Below, piece after piece: positions 10,818 to 25,530 of a stretch of DNA of 64,000 bases; within the stretch, counting starts at the first letter, position 1, and every line of letters begins with the position of its first letter. The notes under the pieces are model-generated. The model saw nothing but the letters and a program-made list of their open reading frames with translations. It was not told where the DNA came from and made no database searches. A program made the position numbers and the translations under genes. Origin of the DNA: Bugula neritina. Taxonomy: Eukaryota > Animalia > Bryozoa. The stretch is from contig OZ037767.1 in NCBI GenBank assembly GCA_964035545.1, positions 3,049,680 to 3,113,679 of the forward strand, read 5' to 3'.

Positions 10818-12608
10818 CAGGGATGTAGTGGTACCCATACGGTCCCATACGCCGTATGGCCTAGAAGAAAATAGGCTGTTCTTGGCCATACGCCCGTATG
10901 GGCATATATTTTTTGAAAGTGTTACTGATTAGTGCACAGGATAGTTAGGGCATCCTCACTGAGAACATCATAAATTTCGCTCACAATCTAGTTTAAGTTC
11001 TTGTTATGTTAATGCTATGTGGGTGGCATGCGTGTTGCCTACTTGTGATTGTTTAGCCTGAGATTACACTATGAATAATAAGCAGCTATCAACATTCCAT
11101 CTTCTCATCTCTACGTATTCATTGAAGCGCGAAGTGCTGCGCATTAGTGATTACTAAGGAAAAAATATTTCATTTTCAGTGTATAAATCACTAATTTGTA
11201 GAAAATCTATGAAGGCTATTGAAAAGATAAAAAAGTTTGCTATGCATAAATTTCTCAGGTTTTCGACAGTGTTTGTTTTATTCGAATACTATGCTTTCCT
11301 GCTGAGATATTTGGCAGGGATTGAAAAATAAACTTTTCAGGTAAAATTGGCCAAAATAGTAGATTTTTGTCTATAACCTTGCAAAAAAAATATTGAAAAT
11401 TCGAAAAATCAGGTGCTCTGAGGAACAGGAAGATCTAAAACATAGTTTTTAAATTTTAATTCTAGCACAATTAAGTATGGTTTTATTTGGCGGGACTGAA
11501 TTCTTATAATATACCAATAATGTGGCCTCAGCAAGGCAGTGTCAGCTAGAAAGTTGCCATTATTTATCTTGTGTGGACTTGCATTTTGTCAATAAGCAAT
11601 GAAATTTGGAAAAAAACCAACATGAAATCCAGAAATAAAATCAAAATGTCTTCAGGAAACAATACCAGGTGTGTAGGAGAGGTTAATGAAAATTTATCAC
11701 TGAGGTCTACAGGTACTATATCTACATTTTGGTTGCGTTATTCCATGTTAATTATCAATGCAATGAGGTTTTGCAAACTATACACCACCATAAGTAACCT
11801 TTTATGTTTGATTGTACTAACGTCTGGCTTTACATTTAATCATCTTCTAGGTTAACACATATTGAACCTGTCAAATTTGTTCTTTTGGGTATATTTCCTT
11901 GATGTGTCTAGTGGAAGCTCAGGGGTTTTACTTTAAAACCAAGTTAACATACTCTTCTTTGGTGTGCTTTATTGTGTGCAAGGAGGTGCGGTGGTATCTC
12001 CTTATGGATTAGACTAGTAGGCTATACTCTAATAAACTCCAACTAGGTTTTCAACCAATTTCTGCTTGCCAATGAGTTATCAATTCAAATTGCTCTTTAT
12101 AAATAACCAACACACATTTTCTGATTTGCAATCTTCCTCTGTTCTGTTCTATTATTCTTTTTCTGTGCACGGCAGTGTATTGGTTATTTAAAGTAATCAG
12201 GTTACATTTGGAGAGCACTTGTTACCTGTCTCTATCCTTCCATCTTTTTGAGATCTTCAGCAATTTTTCTGTACAGGTTGGACTTAGTGTCAGTTGAGTA
12301 AGACTACATTTAAAATTACAGTCAACAGGTATGGGACAATACTGAATATTTATACAGTTTGCAGCAATGCCCAGTCGTCATGTAGCTAATATGGTATGAA
12401 AATAATAGTGAGGTGCACATTTCAACACAGATTTTTTTCAAAAGAGTTAGAATTCACAATGGCTTTAAATTGCATAAATTTGCATCAGAAGCGCTCTGAG
12501 GGCTTTGGCGGCCGGGGCGCTGCCCCGGACCCCGCCGGGGGCCTGGGCGGCCCCCTGGACCCCCGGCCTGAGAGTATGGCCAAGAACATTTTTGCCACTA
12601 CATCCCTG
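10818..12608. mobile_element. Non-autonomous hAT-type DNA transposon (about 1.8 kb)
   Basis: Perfect 14-bp TIRs CAGGGATGTAGTGG / CCACTACATCCCTG; 8-bp TSD ATTACATT at 10810-10817 and 12609-12616; palindromic CCATACG/CGTATGG subterminal motifs; GC-rich subterminal block at 12500-12570; no transposase ORF. Confidence 0.9.
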
Positions 12609-13586
12609 ATTACATTAACATACAAAAAGCAGAACTATCAAGCTACATTATTTTAGCTCAAGAAAAACACCACCATGGAATGGATGGCAAGATCAGCTTT
12701 AACTACAGAATAATATGTTCTCTGTGGTCTCATTTTTTGGCTAATCTACTGTAAGATAAATGTCCATTTGCTTAGATTTGGTGGCCATACTCATCTAGCA
12801 AATTAACTACTCACTGAACTAATAGCCAAATTATTAGGACATCTGAAAATGACATCATTTTGAGTTTAAAATCAAAGTACACTAGCCATCAGTGTAACGA
12901 CTAATAGTTACAGGTTAGCCTTTCATGTACACTATGGCCACAAGTTCTCCTTTATATCGTGTTAACCTTGAGTCTTCATGACTTAAAAAAACTTTTACAT
13001 GAAATGTGTTCAAATAACTTGAAAATATCGATTAGCATTAATTCAGTTTTACAAACAGATGATCATCCAAGGTATTGAACAAGAAAGGTAACTTGCTAGA
13101 AAATATTATATTTACATGCCAAGAGTATACAACCATACATATTGCCGTACTGTTTATAAATTACATACATACTGCGTGCATGACCGTACTAAAACTATAA
13201 ATTATGTTAAGTTACTTGAACAAGTAAATTCTGAAATATAATTATTCACTCTTCACTTCATTGTCGACGGATCATAGCTATTCTCTACCATTTTATAATA
13301 ACACAGTAATAAACAACATAATGATCAAATGTAAAAATAAATTAAATAATCGCACTAATAGCAAAAATATTGAGACTTGAGTGAAATCAGATGCACAAAG
13401 ATATTTATATCAAAGATAATGATTAGTATTGACGGTGAATATATACAGAGGATGTATAAGAAAAATGGTAAAAACTAATATCATATAAGTTATTTATAAG
13501 CAATGCAAGGAAGAATAAAAAGCACAAAGTGCGTCAGACACACAACGCCGTGCTGCAAGCCAAATGAGTTGAAGGGTGAGCAACAA

Positions 13587-16500
13587 TTACTCAGACTTAT
13601 ATTTCATGGCATCTTCTTTGTAGGAGTCTGGGAAGAGCTGGTTCCTGGCACCAGTGACCACCTTAGACAAGGCGCTAGTCGTGGTTATAGCCGGCTGAAT
13701 CACAACCTTAGGGGTCTGTCTCACCACCTCCCCCAAAGCTCCCGCATACCCTTTGGCTTCCTTTTCTAATGTGACATTTCTGATAGCCGTTGAAAACACC
13801 TTCTGAGCGTCCTACAAATTATAGACTTTTATGTCAGAAGACTCACTACCAACGAGTGATTACCACCACCACTACTACTACTACTACTGCTACTTCTACT
13901 ACTACTACTACTGCTACTACTACTACTACTACTACTACTGCTGCTGCTGCTACTACTACTACTGCTACTACAATGTTGGGTGGTAACATTGTGGGCAGTA
14001 TGGTAACATTGTAGGTAGTGTCTATGTATTGTTATATTAGTAAATACAATGAGTGTGAGTATTGGTTAGTGACAGTTAACATACAAGTAAAATAGATTTG
14101 GTAGTGCAAAACTAACACCTTAGGAAATAGCAAGACATAATGGCAATAATCATGCTGTATTCATCACATCATGTGAAACCCACATGATTAGAGCTCAAAA
14201 ATACTGCATAAAAAAGAACTGAAAGCAAATTTAGCACTCTAGTTAGTAGAATTACCCCCACACAATCCATCACCAACTGGCAGGACTTTTACAACAAAAT
14301 AACTTTCAGAAAATTGTATTTCTTCCAAATAATTTAGCAAATAAACAATTTTGCACATACCTCAGTGGCTATCATCATGGCCATGTTGAAACCCGCTCGA
14401 ACATCGCGAGGCTGCACATTCATGACGGCGGGCTGAACGGCTGTTCCAGAAGAGATGAAGAGAACCAGCACCTCGGCCACACCTTGGCAGCCATGGAAGA
14501 ACGTGTTTGTCAAGTCCATGAAAGCGACTGCTGTGGAAGAAGTGAACGCATGAGCACCTTTCTGCAAACCCCTCACGATACGGCCATCTTTACGGTACTG
14601 CACTATGGGCTGCCAGAAGAGCTCAAAGAACCCGTAAACTGCAAGAAGACCAGAACTCTCAGAGTGAGAGACAAACTACATTCAACAGTCGCACTGCTAC
14701 CAGTAATAATATCATACTATTAGAAAAATGGTGAATAAAACCAACGTACAGAATTGAACCAGTGATGACATGGGGCCGACAGATGCGATGACTTTTGGTA
14801 TTTGGTAGGTGACATCTTTGATCCATGTTTCAATACATATATTTAACAGTTTCCCCACTCCTAGGACTCTGTAGTGCAAGATATACATACCATATTCATA
14901 CGATGTACACATTGAAGTTTGTTAGTAAAAGCCATTACATATAGCAATATATTAATATTTCATGCGGTTTGGTCTGACTGTGAATTGACAGAGAAATACA
15001 ACAAACCCTCTGTTGAAATGGAGAGCTTTGAGTTTAATCTGGAAATTGCGAAGCTGTGCCAAGGCGAGAGCTACTCCCGCCAGCCGCTGACTAATATCTA
15101 TGCTGTTGTGGCCGACATAGTCTATGGACGCCGTGAATGGAGGGGAGAAGGTGAAGTTCCTGTAAACATTGCACATGTCATGAACACAGGAAGTGATGCG
15201 GGCACAACTTGCACCATACTTAACAGTTTCTACACACTTACTACACAACATTTCACGCCATCTAGAAACTGTGATTTATATATCAAACTTATCTCTACCT
15301 GGTAAAAAAAAATCATTATTTATACTATAAAACTAAAGATGTACATTATTATTAAAATATAATCAACATTTTAAAATACATAAATTAAAGAATATTAGAA
15401 GATATCAAGGAAGCAGCTTTTGGTCTATGAGTTAAAGCACTGGCTTAGTAAACACAAGGTTAGTGGTCTTATTTCTGGTAAAGGTCATAAGAAAAGCATT
15501 CAGTTATCATTGCCCATTAAATCAGATCACTTAAAGAGGTCTTTTCATCTGAGGTTCTCACAGGCAGAAGACTACAAAAGCAAACTGTTAGAAACAGATT
15601 AAGGTAGAAACAGATTAAGGTAGGAACATACTTGATAAACATGGTGGAATTTTCCTCGGCCTGACTGGCTGCACTCGGCCTGTCCCCGCCGATCTCGTCA
15701 AACACAGCGCGGCCCTCGTCAGAGGGTTCCTGTCGAACTGATACGGACATGACAGGGGCATCACAGGTAGACGAAGTACGCCTCCTCTCCACAGGCTGAC
15801 TCGTCACCAGACTCTCCTCGGCAGCGTTGTATGACACAGACGAGGAGGCAGCAGGCTTCACTAACCAACCATCTTTGAACTTGATTAGAAACATCAGAGT
15901 CAGCTGAAAGAAACAACAGACATGATGTAATAAACTATCTGATTCACTGTGTTTTTAGGATTTGAACATTTGTAAAAATTAGCGTAAGATGAGTTGTAAC
16001 TAATCAAAATGCAATTTGACACAGATTCTGATAACATATTTTAGTTTATATAAGGACTCGAAGTGATAAGAGTGCGGAGTATTACGAACTGCCACCCACC
16101 TGGTGTAGATTCACCCTGATTGGCTGGACAGAGAGTCGTATGTCTGTCTCGTGTCTGTGGTGAGGGCGGAGTAGGTCAGGTCTGCGAGTCACCACCTTCA
16201 AACTGACCAGACTGGTGTGCTGTAGCCTCGGCGTGGAGCTCGAACTGAACTGGTACAGCAGCTTGTTGAGGTTAGAGACTAAGTCCCTTACTTCTATGTC
16301 ATCAACAAGCACGCACGATCTCCGCACCTGATCAATGAAAGACAATATAAAACTAAGCTCTCAGGTTATTCTATTGACTTCACAGTAGCAGGCAGCCACA
16401 CACAGTGAACATTCAAATAGAGTTCATTATAGACAAATATCTTCGCAAGACTTTCCAATAAAATAAAATAATATACTTGCTAATGTAAAGGTGATGCATA

Positions 16501-19500
16501 AAAAGTGCATTACATGCATATTATTCTTGTAGTGAGAAAAAGTGACTATGACTAGAAGTGAGTGTAACTATGACTAGAAGTAAGAGTAACTATGACTAGA
16601 AGTAAGAGTAACTATGACTAGAAGTAAAAGTGACTATGACTAGGAGTACAAGAACTCCGACACACCTGAGAAGTATCATCTGGGTACCGTTCATCGTGGA
16701 TCTGGACTCGTGATAAATGGATCTCCACACACTCGTTAGTATTACGAGAAACGCCGCCTCGAATCTTCGCATCCTCAGACTTTGAATACTTTCTCGTACC
16801 TGTTGATTAATCCGAGAATAAACTTTCAACGGTAATTCTGCTACCGATTGGCATTTGGCACCAGAACATTCACATTATCTGCTATGATGGTGTAAATACA
16901 CAGCGTAGTTTAAACATAGTATTAGTGAGCACTAGTTAGAAGCAACTTTGACTGTAGTAATAAAGAAATACAAGAATCACAAATTAAGCACACTAGTAAG
17001 ACTCTAAACTACATCCGTTATTAAATAACTTCCCAGTGAGACGGAGAATAATCATTAAATAATCTTAAAACAAGGTTTATGAATAGTACTCATTACCTTA
17101 ACCTTAATTCTGTACAGAAATTTTCAGCCATTACAGAACTACTGAAAAATATCAACTGGCAAAACCAAAATATAACAAAGTAGCTGTGAACACGGTGCTT
17201 ATAAAACGCATAATTATCCACGTATTGCGGCATCTGCATGTATATCTAAAGTGAAGACAACTCCACACTAATATTATTACATTTAGTAAGTATAGTCTTT
17301 CAACTGAATTGTCTGAAAAAACAATAAGCAGTTGAAGATAATCGCGTCAAGAGAATGCAATGAATCAGTTACAAACCCACCAGGGCCGAAGTCGTTGCCC
17401 CCGTAGAGGCCCCAGATGATGTTAAGATTCTCCAAGCAGAGCCGGTAGACGGCCAGAGGGAAACCCTTGGGAGGAAGCAGCAGGTTCACTCGGCTGGTTG
17501 ATGGCTTGAAGTAATCAAAGCACTCCTTCATGGGGTTGACGTCAGAGTTGATCACCTCATACTCCTACAGAGTAAAGAGACTAACAGATCTATGGCCAGG
17601 TAAACAAAATTCTAGCAGCTGAGAGAATTCTTCTACTCCATCGAGTAATCAAACAGGAAGTTGGGCCAACCTTAAGAGGCTTGATCTCAGATGCATCCAC
17701 TATGAAGAAATCATCCTCAATGTCGCTAGCCTCCTCGCCTTCCATCTTTTCATACCGCACCTCATACGACCTTGACATATGACTGGAGGTCAGCTCATCT
17801 CCACCGCCATATTGAGCCGGATACAACTCGGGAGCTGTAAACGTGTCTACTGGAATGTGTCGTCTCTCCTGAACCACTAAAAATGGAATAGCTAAATGTC
17901 TACACGCAATACTGTTAGGCTGTGTACTGTTACTAAAATCTGTCGATAGGACAACTTCTAGAACTCGTACAGTACATCATGCAGAGCTAACATCTACACT
18001 AAATACTGCTAAGCAGTGAATGCTGGTTACTCCATGCTACTACTTGAGAACCAACTAACATGAGTACAACTTACTAGATTGTTTCAAGTGCTTCTCGTTC
18101 AAGTCCGCCATGGCATCAGCCAAGTTTACCACCAGCCCACTTCTGTCCTGCAAGTCTTCCACTTCGGTCTCATTGTCACTCACCTAGTGAATTCCACAGT
18201 GTTTATGAGAATAGCAGTCTTGGTAAAAGAGTAGAAAATGGTGATACTGGTAAACATAAAGCAACACAGTTCTGACTTCTACTAGAAGATGACATAGTAT
18301 AGTACAGTTACCATGTTACTAAGACATGATATGCGCTGTTTAAGAGTAAACTGGAAGAACTTAAAGTTTATTAGGCATAAAGAAGACTTCATAACCTACC
18401 AGATGTAACATATCTAATATCGTACAATAGAATACAGATACTTCCTATGAACATTTCCTCACTTAATATTTCAACAGTGGTTATTGCTACAAACAGATGC
18501 TACTTAAACTTCAAACTGTAGACTGAGTCTAACCAAGTCTAACATAAAAAAAATATTAAATTTCTTATAGCAACACACAATAGATACCATTCTGGTTGTA
18601 AAATAGTGCGTTTTATTGAGTTTTGTAAAAGAATAAGTAAATCTTTTATAACAGTAAACATAACATGGCTGTGTAAGTACGTAAGTGTATTAGTATGTTG
18701 CATTTAGTTGCGAAACTTACGTTGATATCAGGAGAATCAGCTTCAGGTGGAGTGAGGGAATTCTTGTCGTGATAAGCGTTGAGGATGAATGTCTGAAGAG
18801 CCAGGATAGAGTCTGAGCAAGTGCGAATGTGCAGAGTTGAGCAGTTTATGCAGATATCATTCTCAGGGTATTTCTGTAAGCACAAAGCTAAGTATTGCAA
18901 CTGCTATCACCAGTGTCACTAACTAATATTACTACATGCAATACGCACTACTACTACATGCAATACACACTACTACTCCATGCAATACACACTACTACAT
19001 TCGACACACATTACAACTTTACATATTACAAATTACATCTTTCATGTAAAAAGTATTTGAAAGAAATGATTTAAAAGTGTGTTACCGCATTTTTTCCATC
19101 TGAACTTTTCCAATCCAGACGAAAGCAGTTGAGCTCCAATAAACAAACATAATCTAAAAACAGTACAATGAAGAGCTTAAAATAGACGCAGCCATGGCGT
19201 AGTGGTTAGAGCACTAGGTTCAAATCCCCAGTACAAGCCATTGGTGATGTTAGGAAGAGCATTCGGTCATAATTGCTCCTGTGCCACAATAGAAAACAAG
19301 TCCTTAGCTTGCTTAAAAAGAACGCTGTTCTAGGGGTTCTCACAAAGATCAAAGTGCAAACCCAGATGAGATAAAATGTAAACTCTGCCAAGTAAAGACT
19401 TCTTGTAAAGTAAAGTTTTGCCAAATCTTCACTGTAAAACTCCATTGATGAGTTACTAATGTGGCATCCTAAATTAACATTCTCCAAGTGCTCAGGTAAA

Positions 19501-22500
19501 TAGCTTCGAAAATTTGAATAAGCCACCTCATTGAATTGAAAATTTAGAAAACACTTGTTGCTGCTCCTTGTGTGGATTCATATTTATAACTTTCACAAAT
19601 TAGAAAACAAAAAGAAGCCAACTCCTTTGCTTTCAATTAATAGATGTTTTCAATTAACACTAACAAAACAAGTCTATTTCAGAAACAAGAGAACACAACT
19701 TCACAATAAAGATCCGTTAATCCAAATACATTCACTTGTAGAGTTTAGATTAACCAGACTCAAAAGATTTTACTAGACAAACCTTGGCGGACATTGAGTA
19801 GAGATTTGTCAGATTTATCACTGAGATGGAAGGCAGCGTCTTCGGCTGAGAAAGTCAGCAGCGACACCATAGAGTTGGCGATGACATTGCTGGATATACT
19901 AAACTTCTCCAGAGTCAGCAGACCCCCCATGGCACCGTCTTTGGGTCTACATTCACACACACAGAGTCAGCGTGACTACCGGCAGCTAATTCCGTCACCA
20001 ATGATTTAGAAAATAGACAATCTGTGATAAATATGCATTGCATTGGACAGCAATTTGAATCTTCTAAATACTGCAAAAATATTCCTACTTTACTTTTTAT
20101 AATAACATGTAAACTGGTATGGAATACAAGCAGTACAGTAAAAAAGCTCACATATAGCTGATAGCACTGTCTAGGACGTGAAAGTGCAGCTCCGTGAACA
20201 CCCGAGGGAAGGGATACCCCAACACGTCGTAGTCATCCACAGCCAGGAACTTCATCAGTTGGGTGATCCACATCTCGGGGCCGGTCACCATCTTGTGGTA
20301 GAGACAGGCTCTCCTAAGAGCTATGGCTATGTTGATATACTGTAACAGACGGAATATATGTGTACAATATATGTAGTATACAGTGTATGAAGTATACAGT
20401 GTATAGAGAGTATATAGTGCATAGAGAGTATACAGTGTATAGAGTATACAGTGTATAGAGAGTATACAGTACATAGAGAGTATACAGTACATAGAGAGTA
20501 TACAGTGTATAGAGAGTATACAGTGTATAGAAAGTATACAGTGTATAGAGTATAGACTATAGAGTATATAGACATAAATGTATACAGTATATGTAGTGCA
20601 GAGAGTAAATAGACATAGGTGTATATAATCACCTTGACGTGTTTCTTTGGATCTGGGTCTAGCGTGACCTTGATGGCGACCCCTAGCATGTTCTCCTCCC
20701 CCTTGCTACCGACTGTGAAGGGCATCTTACTGGGAACCCCAGCTGGACAGAGGGAGAGCACCAGCGGAAGGTTTGGGGGTGCCTGACCCAACCTCTCCAC
20801 ATAGTTTGGGTGATTGTATGCACCAGCTATAGAACCTGAAACAATACGCAGGGTTAAAAACACACTGAAAAAACAATGTGCAAACTATATACTATAATCA
20901 TCTGTTAGAAAACAAATCATGATCTCTTAGAAAATAAAGGTGAAGTTCTTGAAATAACCTCGTTAATCTAGACAAAGAAATCTTGACAGAAAAATTCTTT
21001 CACTGCTAAATTTCTTTATCAACTGCTAAATAGTTTAGCCATCGACTGTATACAGACATACACACAGTGAACCATCAAAGAGTTTACAAGTAACTACACT
21101 GTGTGACATGGCGACACTGTGTGACATAGCGACACTGCGTGACATAGTGACACTGTATGACATAGCGACACTGTGTGACATAGCGACACTGTATGACATA
21201 GCGACACTGTATGACATAGCGACACTGTGTGACGTAGCGACACTGTGTGACATAGCGACACTGTATGACATAGCGACACTGCGTGACATAGTGACACTGT
21301 ATGACATAGTGACACTGTGTGACATAGCGACACTGTGTGACGTAGCGACACTGTGCGACGTAACTACACTGTGTGACATAGCGACACTGTATGACATAGT
21401 GACACTGTGTGACATAGCGACACTGTGTGACATAGCGACACTGTGTGACATAGCAACACTGTGTGACATAGCGACACTGTATGACATAGCGACACTGTAT
21501 GACATAGCGACACTGTATGACATAGCGACACTGTGTGACATAGCGACACTGTGTGACATAGCGACACTGCGTGACATAGTGACACTGTGTGACATAGCGA
21601 CACCGTGTGACATAGCGACACTGTATGACGTACCGTTATGATAGAGAGAGCATTGCCCGCTATGGATAGATATATAGTTCAGATTGGGGTCGCCCATGGA
21701 TTTGGAGTTTATATAAATGACTCCATCTTGAATTTCAAGACTTGACTGGCCATGCTGATCTGGTATTACATCACCGTCATCTCCATAGAAACAAATTACT
21801 TACATCATCTCCCTGGAAACAAGTTACTTACTGTACATTACCACTACTTACATTATTGTATATAAAGTTTAAACACAATGTAAGGAGAAATAGAATGGGG
21901 AGGGAGATTTATTGCCACTTGTTTCAAGAACTTAGGTGACCAAAATCTCAAGCCATTTACTAGAATTCATGATAACTTGTAGTATAAACTATAAACCGTA
22001 CTTAACATTTATAACCTATGCTTTGAGAGAAAGTACAGGTTGTTTGGTTGGGCTACTTTATGGGTTGTCATTGTGCGTATATACTTTCAGATGAAGCGCA
22101 TAAAAAATAGCAGCTTAGAAGATAGCAATAACATATAACAGTAATGAAATGAACTAAACAGTGCAGGTACATACAAGAACAGGGTGTACCAGGGTGAGAC
22201 AACCTCTCTTTATATTGATAGACACGCATGACTTGCTTTGCCTCACAGTCGAACATTTAGGAGTCTTTTCACCATCTCGAATTGAAAAGAGAGCCTCCTC
22301 TTCGTCAAGATCATCTTCAAGTCCTAAACCTGGCCAATTTCATACATGTTTCATTAAGGAGTTGTCCACTCACCACTTTCAAGTTTATATTAACTTTTAA
22401 ATGCAAATCATCCAAACAAACGTTTCACAACACCTTATAACAAGTTTTAGGATACTTTACTTTTTACATGACAGTTTTGTGTTAAAGACCAGCACTACGC

Positions 22501-25498
22501 ATAAGATTTATCAAAGTGATTGAAAAAAGCACTCATTTTGACTTGAGTATTACAATGAAACCGAATAAAAAAAAAATAAAGAGTATCAACTTTCATCATT
22601 GAACAAGAGACACTGAATGCAAAGTGTTACAAGTGAAAAAAAAAGCTGCAGTGACTATAGATGGATAACACATACTGTAGTTATGGCTGTTGACTCCCAC
22701 CCCGTATTGAATCAGAACATCGGGTGCTGCGGCCATACTGTGTTCCAGTTTAACCGGAGAAGGTGCCAGGGGCTCCCACAGCAGAAGGTCATTGCAAACT
22801 CTACAAAGGTAATAATCTATAAAACTTGAGCAATTCAGAATTGCCTCCTCTCTAAAGGAAGGATTTTTAATAAATTATTAAGACGCTGTGATGTTTATTA
22901 AATAGTAGAAGCCTGCAACGTTATCACCTGCAGGTAAAAATACTCTTACAAATCATGTTACCTGCTTTATGCAGGAGAGCACTGACCTGTTATACAAGAG
23001 CTCTAGAACAGACTTGCTAGGCATGATTATGTTGACACACTGGAGGTCAAGGTTGATATAGAGCACAGTGTTGTTTTCAGTGAGGAACTCAAAGTTTTCA
23101 ACTTCCCTCTTACTGCCCGGTATTTGTAGCTACAAGTATACAGAAACTACAGCTAGTTCTATAACTACAGTACATTCTAGTACTACAGTATATTCTAGTA
23201 CTACAGTATATTCTAGTACTACAGTATATTCTAGTACTACAGTATATTCTAGTACTACAGTATATTCTAGTACTACAGTACATTCTAGTACTACAGTACA
23301 TTTTAGTACTACAGTATATTCTAGTACTACAGTTTGTTTTGACACTTTGACATGCTCTAAAATCTAGAAAGATAATATGTTTCACTGCACACCAACAAAG
23401 CATACTTGTCAAAAATAACCCGTCTGGCAGTAATCATGTACCATTTAATTAGGATTTATTCACAAAGCATTAGTATCTATCACCTTATCCATCATATCTA
23501 CTATCTCCACTGAACATTCCAAAGATGTCTATAATACTCTGTTTACATAGATAACAGAACACAGAGTGGCAAGTGGACGTACCTCCTCGTTATCATTCAG
23601 CATGGCTTTAGTACTGCTGAATGGTGACGGAGTACCAGACTTCTTCAGGTCTTTAAATGCCTCGGGGTTTGAGTCGTACGAGTCTGCCTGCTCGTCGTAC
23701 AGCAGAGAGTTGGTCTTGTCGGGGTACACCTTTATCAGCAGACTACAACAGCGCACCACACTGATATGTACTACTATATACTAATACTATGAGCTACACT
23801 ATTGGCTAGTGAATAAACTATTACTACGAGCTGTACTATTGGCTAGTGAAGACATACCGGGGCCACTCCAAATCTCCGCTGTATCCAGGCTCCTGGCCAA
23901 TATTAGCAAATGCCACTTTGGTTTTTTCATCAATTATAAAGGATGCTACAAAATAGAATATAAAATGACATGACGAAATATGGTAATTTCTTCAGCAGGT
24001 GTTGGAACACAATGACAGCATATATTCCAGTCCACCATGTAGTTTGCTTCGTTATACTTAGTTAGAAGTTAAAAAACTGAAAAAGGTATTAATGATAAAG
24101 CTCTATTACACAATAGTTAGCGAGTCAAGATGCACAAGCCATGAATGGTTGACAATCGGTAAAAATCTTTCCTAAATTGGTTTAAATTTAACAGTACAAA
24201 ATTCTTAGTTTCATTCCAACAATTTGGATGCAGCTTATCTTTAAAAATAAATCAGTTAGACTGGTGATAATGTTACACATATGATCACAACAAATATACT
24301 GTAAAAAACCTCAGAATTTAGGCTAAGCACCAAGGCCAGATATAAGAGATCAAGCAGAGATCTCTAGAAAGAAATTACCCATCAAGGATCGGCACTGTAA
24401 CTCCACTTCTGTAGGAGTTCCATTCATAAAGTGAAATCGGGGCTTTGCCAGCTCCAGCTTTAAAAGCTCTTGACGTAAGTTTCTCTTCCACCAGAGAGGT
24501 CGTTGACTCGGGTCTTTCCTCAAGTCAGCGATAGGAAACCTGAGACAGAGTACAATACCAAGTCATACTCTGTTAGCAGACAAAGAGTACTTAAGACAGA
24601 GCACTGTTTCTCAAGTCGCACTCTACTAACAAATACAGCACCTGAGATGGAGAACGATATCATGCTCACTCTGCAGATTGAAATCCAAGGTAGGTTTGGA
24701 CGAGGAATCCTCCCTCAACGGAGTAGAAGTAGCACTCTACAGAACACAGACTCTACACTTTAACACACGTTATTGCTTATACTACTAGCTTCATACTATC
24801 TCTCTAGTACTCTCTTGTCAATAGTGTCATAGTATAGGAAACTACGAGTGTGCAAATAAAATAAAATAATGCTTCACTGACTAAGTTGAGATTTTCTTGT
24901 GTCGTCTCTGAGCCGGAAAGAGCGTGAATTAAGTCCCTCATCCTGTCTGTGATACTGATGTCTACCTCCAGTGTACACACCTTATACAGGTTGACTGAAA
25001 ACTTTGTTGGAGTGCCAGCCTAGAGTTCGAATTCACAACTTAATGAGGTCGGGGGGGGGGGGACAAATGAAAAAAAGGAGGGAAACTTGGGGTAAAAAAG
25101 AAAATCAGAAAACAAAGACAAAAATTGGGAACAATAAAACTGACAGAGACAAAACAAAGTTTACAAAAAAATGAAAACCGCCTAAACATTTCATTTTTAG
25201 TGTAATGAGACACATAGAGTAATGGATGCTCAATTGATGTGGTTAAAACTACAAGGGAATAAGTGAGAGTCACTTACTGGATGTCTGGAAGAGCCAGTAT
25301 CTGAGCTGTACTCTAGTTTCAGGCATGGATTGTACACGACAGGATAGCTGTCCGTCATGGAGTCACCAAACGTGATGATCTTCAGCAGAGAAGCATTACA
25401 GTTAGACTAGAGTAGTAGCAGTAGTGGTACTAATAGTAGTAGTAGTACTAACAGTAGCAGTAACAGTAGTAGTAGTAGCAGTAGTGGTAAGCAATAAC

Positions 25499-25530
<32 letters not shown>

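Noticed and set aside
13790-14014. Poly-Thr mucin-like ORF
   Set aside because: An (ACT)n microsatellite antisense to an ATG2 intron.
19185-19235. Possible tRNA gene
   Set aside because: A/B boxes are present, but there is no anticodon arm or acceptor stem, and a SINE-type core follows.
21035-21697. 220-aa and 177-aa repetitive ORFs (SHSVAM / TLCDIA)
   Set aside because: They are read-throughs of an 18-bp intronic minisatellite; only the first roughly 21 codons of the 220-aa minus-strand ORF belong to an ATG2 exon.
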